Below are positions 58,789-64,000 of a stretch of 64,000 bases of DNA, piece by piece. The DNA comes from Deinococcales bacterium (lineage in GTDB: Bacteria; Deinococcota; Deinococci; Deinococcales; JAAFIG01). The translations under genes were made by a program, and so were the position numbers. The stretch is from positions 137,111 through 201,110 of the forward strand of contig JANNVX010000018.1 in the NCBI GenBank assembly GCA_031414595.1, in the 5' to 3' direction. Position 1 is the stretch's first letter. Each line of letters opens with the position of its first letter. Below the pieces are notes generated by a model. It was not told the DNA's origin. It saw only the letters and a list, made by a program, of their open reading frames with translations, and ran no database searches.

Positions 58789-60587
58789 TGCTGCTTGAGC
58801 AATTGGTGGCATATGCCGAACGCCTTGAACGAGATGGGAAATCCCTACCTTTTATGTACCAAGAAACAAACGTACCTTGGGTGGTTAAGCTCGATTCAAC
58901 AGGTCATTTTCTTGACCTTGAAAGAACCTCCGATGGGCTTGGTAAAAAAGCAGACCGAGGTAAACCATTACCTGTTCCTAAAATTAAGCGCACAGGCGCA
59001 AAAGCCGCCTTGCTTGCGGATGACCTTGAATATGTTTTTGACCTTGCTATGCCAGAAGATACGCCTGAGATTCGGAGTAAAGCCCTTGAAAAGCGACAAT
59101 TATTTCTCGAAGAAACTCGAGCTTGTTTGGCTGCCACAAAAGACCTAAATGTTCAAGCAGTTCTGACCTACTTAGAGCAATTACCCGAAAACACGCCAAT
59201 TTTTCCTGAAGGAACAACCCCAAAAGACAAAGTAACCTTTGAAATAGAGGGGCGCAAAGTAACAGCCTTAGAGCTAGTACAAGCATTTTGGGCAAGCAAA
59301 TACTCGAGTGAAGATGACCACGAAACACCAAGCACCAAAGATGCTGCCTTGATTACCGAATGTCTGATTACAGGAAAAATTGGTGCGGTAATGCGTCGTG
59401 AACCAATGCCGATTAAAGGTGGTTTAATCCCCGATGGGCATACCGCCGGTATGGGTTTTATCAGTGCCGATAAACCAGCTTTTGAATCATATGCCCTTCG
59501 TAACTCCGAAATCGCACCTGTTCGTACAGAGGTCGCCGTAAAATATGCAACCGCACTGAATACTTTACTCTCAGATGCTAAAACACATTTACGGGTTTCC
59601 CCTGTGGTTTTTGCATTTTGGACTCGAGCAGTAGAAACCCCAGATGTTGTTGGGTTTCTCAAAAAACCAAATGGTCATGAGCTTTTGACCAAATACCTGA
59701 GTGGGCAAAGTGTTAAGAGTGAAATCAAAAGCTCCCGTACAAGCCAGCACGTTAAAAAACATATTTCCAGTGCTTTTACGGGAAATATATTTGATGACCT
59801 TGAGCCAGACGAATTTTATTGTGTTTGCCTATCAGCTTATACAAGTCGTGTGGTTGTTAGAAATCATATTACCAGTACCTTGCGAGAAGTTGGCGAGAAT
59901 TTAGCAGTTTATATAGCCACACAAAACTTAATTGATACTGAGCCAATGGGTGTATTTGAACTTGCTGCCAGCTTGTATCGAGATGCCAATAAAGAACAAA
60001 CAGCGCAAACCGTTAATGTCTTGCTTGGGTTTGCACTTGAACGTACACCGTTGCCACAACATTACCTAAATAGCCTTTCCAAACGCAATCGAGCCGAACA
60101 ACGAATCACCAAGCCTCGTGCTGTACTCACCCGCATGACTTTAATATCACTGGAGGAAATAGAAATGGATGAACTTATTGCTTTACAACCCGACCATCAA
60201 AGCCCCGGATACCAACTTGGGCGCTTAATGTCTGCCTTGGAAAATCTGCAATGGATGGCACTGGTCAAATATGGCAGCAGCAGCAAAATCAATACCACTG
60301 TCACCGACAGATTTTACGGCTCAATCTCGAGTACGCCTGTTTTGGTCTTTGCGAATGTCATGGCAGGCGCACAAGACCACCTCTCGAGAATCCGCAAATC
60401 TGACCCTGCGGCTCATTACGGAGAGGATACGCGGTTACAACAAATTCTAGGGCAACTTAAAACCATCCCAGAAGTGCTTGAACCTACAGACCAAGCCTTT
60501 TTTAGTCTTGGCTACTACCACGAAAAAGCAGATCGTTTTGCCCGAATTCAAGATGCAAAAGAAGCAAAAAAGGAGAACCAATCATGA
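58788..60587 (+). CDS. cas8c: Type I-C Cas8c/Csd1
   Basis: LL.D..EY, CLITG, AFESY, GYQLGRL, F.LGYYHE. Confidence 0.95.
   Translation: MLLEQLVAYAERLERDGKSLPFMYQETNVPWVVKLDSTGHFLDLERTSDGLGKKADRGKPLPVPKIKRTGAKAALLADDLEYVFDLAMPEDTPEIRSKALEKRQLFLEETRACLAATKDLNVQAVLTYLEQLPENTPIFPEGTTPKDKVTFEIEGRKVTALELVQAFWASKYSSEDDHETPSTKDAALITECLITGKIGAVMRREPMPIKGGLIPDGHTAGMGFISADKPAFESYALRNSEIAPVRTEVAVKYATALNTLLSDAKTHLRVSPVVFAFWTRAVETPDVVGFLKKPNGHELLTKYLSGQSVKSEIKSSRTSQHVKKHISSAFTGNIFDDLEPDEFYCVCLSAYTSRVVVRNHITSTLREVGENLAVYIATQNLIDTEPMGVFELAASLYRDANKEQTAQTVNVLLGFALERTPLPQHYLNSLSKRNRAEQRITKPRAVLTRMTLISLEEIEMDELIALQPDHQSPGYQLGRLMSALENLQWMALVKYGSSSKINTTVTDRFYGSISSTPVLVFANVMAGAQDHLSRIRKSDPAAHYGEDTRLQQILGQLKTIPEVLEPTDQAFFSLGYYHEKADRFARIQDAKEAKKENQS
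60165..60587 (+). CDS. cas11: Internally initiated Cas11 small subunit (in frame with cas8c)
   Basis: GGAGG 8 nt before an in-frame ATG (MDELIAL...GYQLGRL). Confidence 0.75.
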   Translation: MDELIALQPDHQSPGYQLGRLMSALENLQWMALVKYGSSSKINTTVTDRFYGSISSTPVLVFANVMAGAQDHLSRIRKSDPAAHYGEDTRLQQILGQLKTIPEVLEPTDQAFFSLGYYHEKADRFARIQDAKEAKKENQS

Positions 60588-61471
60588 TTCATTTAGATGC
60601 CAGCAAACGCCACGATTTTGTACTTTTCTTTGATGTCTTAGATGGCAACCCAAACGGCGACCCAGACGCAGGAAATTTGCCACGAACTGACCCGCAAACA
60701 GGTCAAGGACTGGTAACTGATGTTGCCATAAAGCGCAAAATTCGCAATTATGTAGACGAATTACACGGAGTAGAAGAACGCTTCAAGATTTATGTGCAAC
60801 AAGGTGCAATTTTGAACAATCAAAACACTCGAGCTTACACTGCCCTTAATATCAAATCCAAATCCAAAGAAGAAAGTCCAGGGGTACGTCGTTGGATGTG
60901 CGAAAACTTTTTTGATGTTCGGGCATTTGGGGCAGTCATGAGTACAGAAGTCAACTGTGGACAGGTGCGAGGACCCGTACAACTGACATTCTCGAGAAGT
61001 GTAGACAGAATTCTGCCATTGGATGCGGCGATTACTCGAGTTGCTTTAACCAAAGCCGACGAAAAAAACACAGTTAAAGGTGACGATGGAGAAGATACTG
61101 CCCGAAGTGGAACAATTGGACGAAAAGCCTTTATCCCATATGGTTTGTATGTGATGCACGGCTATTATGTCCCAAGTTATGCCAAGGACACGGGTTTTGA
61201 TAACACAGACCTCGAATTACTTTGGAAAGCCCTGATGAATATGTGGGATTTAGACCGAAGTGCCAGCCGAGGGCAAACTGCTTGCCAAGGTTTATATGTC
61301 TTTAGTCATGACAGCGCTTTGGGGAATTATCCAAGTCAGCAGCTTTTCAAACGAATACAACTTGAGAAAGTTGGTGTGGCTCGAGAATTTGCTGCCTATA
61401 AAAATGGGTTGGTTATCAATGATACTGAACTACCAAACGGCGTGACTCTGACGCGCTTACTCGAGGGGTAA
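60584..61471 (+). CDS. cas7: Type I-C Cas7/Csd2
   Basis: GNPNGDPDAGNLPR, TDVAIKRKIRN, FFDVRAFGAV, GQVRGPVQ. Confidence 0.98.
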   Translation: MIHLDASKRHDFVLFFDVLDGNPNGDPDAGNLPRTDPQTGQGLVTDVAIKRKIRNYVDELHGVEERFKIYVQQGAILNNQNTRAYTALNIKSKSKEESPGVRRWMCENFFDVRAFGAVMSTEVNCGQVRGPVQLTFSRSVDRILPLDAAITRVALTKADEKNTVKGDDGEDTARSGTIGRKAFIPYGLYVMHGYYVPSYAKDTGFDNTDLELLWKALMNMWDLDRSASRGQTACQGLYVFSHDSALGNYPSQQLFKRIQLEKVGVAREFAAYKNGLVINDTELPNGVTLTRLLEG

Positions 61472-61475
61472 AACC

Positions 61476-62114
61476 ATGAACGAACCCTCCCAAATTCCCC
61501 TTTCGAGCCTGATGCACTACGCCTACTGCCCACGCCGTTGCGCCCTGATTCACCTCGAGAACATCTGGGAGGACAACGAATACACCGCCAAAGGCACACG
61601 CAGCCATACTCGAGCCGATGAACCGACCATCGAATTACTCGAGGGAATCCGAATCGAACGCGCCTTACCGCTTTTTAATGATGCCCTCGAGTTAAGTGGT
61701 CGTGCCGATGTGGTCGAGTTTATGCCTGACGAAACACCATTTCCTGTTGAGTACAAAAGCGGTAAACGCAAAAAAAGCCCAGACCCCGAAACCGCTAATC
61801 TCGAGAAACTCTGCGATGATATTCAGCTTTGCGCCCAAGCCCTGTGCCTCGAAGAAATGCTCGAGATTCGTGTCCCAAAAGGCGCGATTTACCATATTGC
61901 CAGCAAACGCCGCCGCGACATTGAATTTAGCCCAGCCTTACGAACCCGAACCTTGGAAGTGATCGAGGCAGTGCGAAGCCAATTGCAAAGCGGTATCACT
62001 CCCGAACCTGTCAATGACCAACGTTGTACCCATTGCAGCCTACAAAGTGCTTGTATGCCCAGTGTGCGAAATCTCGAGACTTCTGACCCATTCTTGCCCG
62101 AGGAGATGTCATGA
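61476..62114 (+). CDS. cas4: Cas4
   Basis: YCPR, G.ADVVE, PVEYK, QLCAQ, C..CSL...C. Confidence 0.97.
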   Translation: MNEPSQIPLSSLMHYAYCPRRCALIHLENIWEDNEYTAKGTRSHTRADEPTIELLEGIRIERALPLFNDALELSGRADVVEFMPDETPFPVEYKSGKRKKSPDPETANLEKLCDDIQLCAQALCLEEMLEIRVPKGAIYHIASKRRRDIEFSPALRTRTLEVIEAVRSQLQSGITPEPVNDQRCTHCSLQSACMPSVRNLETSDPFLPEEMS

Positions 62115-63145
62115 ACCAAGCCCTAAACACGCTTTATATTCAAACCCAAGGGACGTATCTGCACTTGGAGCATGACGCGATAAAAATCGAAGTAGACCGA
62201 GAAGTCAAAGCCCGCGTGCCGCTTCATCATTTAAGCAGCATTGCCGTGTTTGGCAATGTTCTGATAAGCCCGTACTTAATGGCGCGATGTGCCGATGAAG
62301 GACGCGATATTTCTATTCTGACCGAATGGGGGCGTTTCAAAGCTCGGATTCATGGTAGCACCACCGGTAATGTGCTTTTACGCCGCGCTCAACACTTAGC
62401 GCTTGATAATCCAGAACGTTGCTTGGCAATAGCCAAAAGATTTATTGCAGGAAAAGTCCAGAATACTCGAGGCACGTTAATGCGAGCCGCCCGCGAAAGC
62501 AATGACCCAAGCGACTGGACAACGCTTCGTAATGCCAGCACAGACTTAGAACAGAGTTTGCGCCACACCAAAAATGCCCTCAACCTCGAGGAGTTACGCG
62601 GGATAGAAGGCAACGCTGCTCGAGTCTACTTTGGGGCATTTAGCAGTTTAATCCGCACCAACCGACTGGACTTTGAATTTCTCGAGCGCAGTAAACGCCC
62701 ACCTCGAGACCCGATTAACGCCTTACTATCGTTTATTTACGCCCTTTTAACCGCCGATTGTGTAGCTGCGCTCGAGGGCGTGGGACTCGACCCACAGATG
62801 GGATTTTTACACGTTTTACGTTCTGGACGACCTGCGCTGGCACTGGATTTAATCGAAGAGTTTCGCAGTTACATCGCTGATAGGTTGGCATTAACCTTGA
62901 TTAACCGCTCGCAAATCACAATCAAAGACTTTGATGAACGTACTGGCGGCGCATGGGGATTAAATGAAAGCGGGCGCAAAACTGTGTTAATCGAGTACCA
63001 GACGCGCAAAAAACAAGAAATCACCCATCCGATTACCCAAAGTATCATTCCGATTGGACTTATCCCTCATATCCAAGCTCGGTTACTAGCTCGGCACTTA
63101 CGCGGCGACTTACTCGAGTACCCGCCATTTATCCCCAAGGTTTAA
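62111..63145 (+). CDS. cas1: Type I-C Cas1
   Basis: LNTLYI, GNVLLRRAQ, RGIEG, RPPRDPINALLSF, GFLH, DLIEEFR. Confidence 0.98.
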   Translation: MNQALNTLYIQTQGTYLHLEHDAIKIEVDREVKARVPLHHLSSIAVFGNVLISPYLMARCADEGRDISILTEWGRFKARIHGSTTGNVLLRRAQHLALDNPERCLAIAKRFIAGKVQNTRGTLMRAARESNDPSDWTTLRNASTDLEQSLRHTKNALNLEELRGIEGNAARVYFGAFSSLIRTNRLDFEFLERSKRPPRDPINALLSFIYALLTADCVAALEGVGLDPQMGFLHVLRSGRPALALDLIEEFRSYIADRLALTLINRSQITIKDFDERTGGAWGLNESGRKTVLIEYQTRKKQEITHPITQSIIPIGLIPHIQARLLARHLRGDLLEYPPFIPKV

Positions 63146-63146
63146 G

Positions 63147-63437
63147 ATGGACATACTGGTTTGTTACGATGTCAACACCGAAGAACGCGAAGGCAGGCGG
63201 CGCTTACGTCAGGTTGCCAACGCCTGTAAGAGCCTTGGGCAGCGCGTCCAGAAAAGTATTTTTGAATGCCGTATTAACGACATGCAGTACCAAGCCTTTT
63301 TGGTCAAGCTCGAGAAAATCATTGACCCAAAGACCGATTCGCTACGCCTCTACCGATTACGCGCTCCTCGAGAAGACAATTTAGATGTCCTTGGAATAGA
63401 CTCATATGTAGACTTCGACGACCCCCTGATTATTTAG
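63147..63437 (+). CDS. cas2: Cas2
   Basis: LVCYDV, GQRVQKSIFEC, DSLRLY. Confidence 0.98.
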   Translation: MDILVCYDVNTEEREGRRRLRQVANACKSLGQRVQKSIFECRINDMQYQAFLVKLEKIIDPKTDSLRLYRLRAPREDNLDVLGIDSYVDFDDPLII

Positions 63438-63624
63438 CGCCTGTGTGCGCGAACCCCCAGTGCTAACGGAAACCCCGTCAGGTTCGCGGCAATCAAAAAC
63501 CTCATTCAGCACGAGAACCTTGACAGTCGAATAAAAAAAGAGGAAAATAAAACGGTAATAAACGGCAAGGTTCGCGGGAAACCGCAAGAAAACAGCGTGA
63601 ACAACGAGTTCCGCGAAACCTACT
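63438..63624 (+). promoter_or_regulatory. CRISPR leader
   Basis: GCGAACC...GGTTCGC inverted motif, further GTTCGCG/GTTCCGCG copies, TTGACA and an A-rich tract. Confidence 0.75.
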
Positions 63625-63733
63625 GTCGGGCGCGGTTTCGATTGCGCTCGAGGATTGAAACATGTTATTTTTGAGTTTACCGACATCAAAACCAGCGTTG
63701 GGTACGGGTTCACTCGTACTCGAGGATTGAAAC
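63625..63733 (+). CRISPR. Two 37-nt repeats flanking one 35-nt spacer
   Basis: GTCGGGCGCGGTTTCGATTGCGCTCGAGGATTGAAAC (63625-63661) and GTTGGGTACGGGTTCACTCGTACTCGAGGATTGAAAC (63697-63733). Confidence 0.9.
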
Positions 63734-63899
63734 GGAGTTAGGAGATCGAATAGTGGTTCGCCGAAAAAATGGCGTATTTGACGACCTCGAGCGTGAATTA
63801 GGTACACTTTCGTGAATATGATTTCGGTTTCAAAATGAAATCGGAGACTATCTTGTCAAAACTAATAGACGTTATCGGAAATTAGGATAAACTATTCGA

Positions 63900-64000
63900 G
63901 TGCTGCATTACGACAAACTCGTCAAGAATAAAACTCGCTTCTTAGCCCTGACTGGACTAACCAAAAAAGAATTCCAAGCCTTACTTCCATACTTTCAAGA
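63900..64000 (+). mobile_element. 5' end of an IS5/ISL2-like transposase (partial)
   Basis: MLHYDKLVKNKTRFLALTGLTKKEFQALLPYFQ fits the F..LTGL...EF..LL N-terminal HTH pattern; TAAACT 6 nt before GTG. Confidence 0.7.

Noticed and set aside
63764-63800. Possible third CRISPR repeat
   Set aside because: Only CTCGAG (ubiquitous here) and TGAA match; no stem.

Overview
64-kb bacterial chromosome segment, most likely Deinococcota/Deinococcales (inferred from the Deinococcus/Thermus-like gene set, many apparently leaderless genes and a HAIR-like box at groESL); CTCGAG is strongly over-represented. Left to right: a SARP/NB-ARC/TPR regulator (cut by the window edge) beside a cluster of two globins, an RCC1-repeat lipoprotein, a lasso-leader-like peptide and a collagen-like lipoprotein; ilvBN with a leader-peptide attenuator; a long minus-strand glnA-gabT-GNAT-amidohydrolase-gabD-ABC-LLM catabolic run interrupted by accessory genes (DUF3800, Uma2, PIN TA, DUF4262); groESL, htpG, non-discriminating aspS; a second ATPase/TPR regulator with C1-peptidase and PKD lipoproteins; and a complete type I-C CRISPR-Cas locus (WYL, cas3, cas5, cas8c, cas7, cas4, cas1, cas2, two-repeat array) followed by the start of an IS transposase. 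Best unannotated signals: (1) an antisense solitary crRNA-like unit between cas3 and cas5 whose 17-nt guide matches the adjacent divergent promoter, which precedes a small leaderless ORF (CreR/CreA-like); (2) a 44-aa secreted peptide ending DDPGGGTGG next to a TPR/winged-helix protein just upstream of the cas locus (candidate peptide signalling pair); (3) candidate leader peptides upstream of gabT (PPP) and aspS (Asp/Asn). All calls are by eye; no searches were run.
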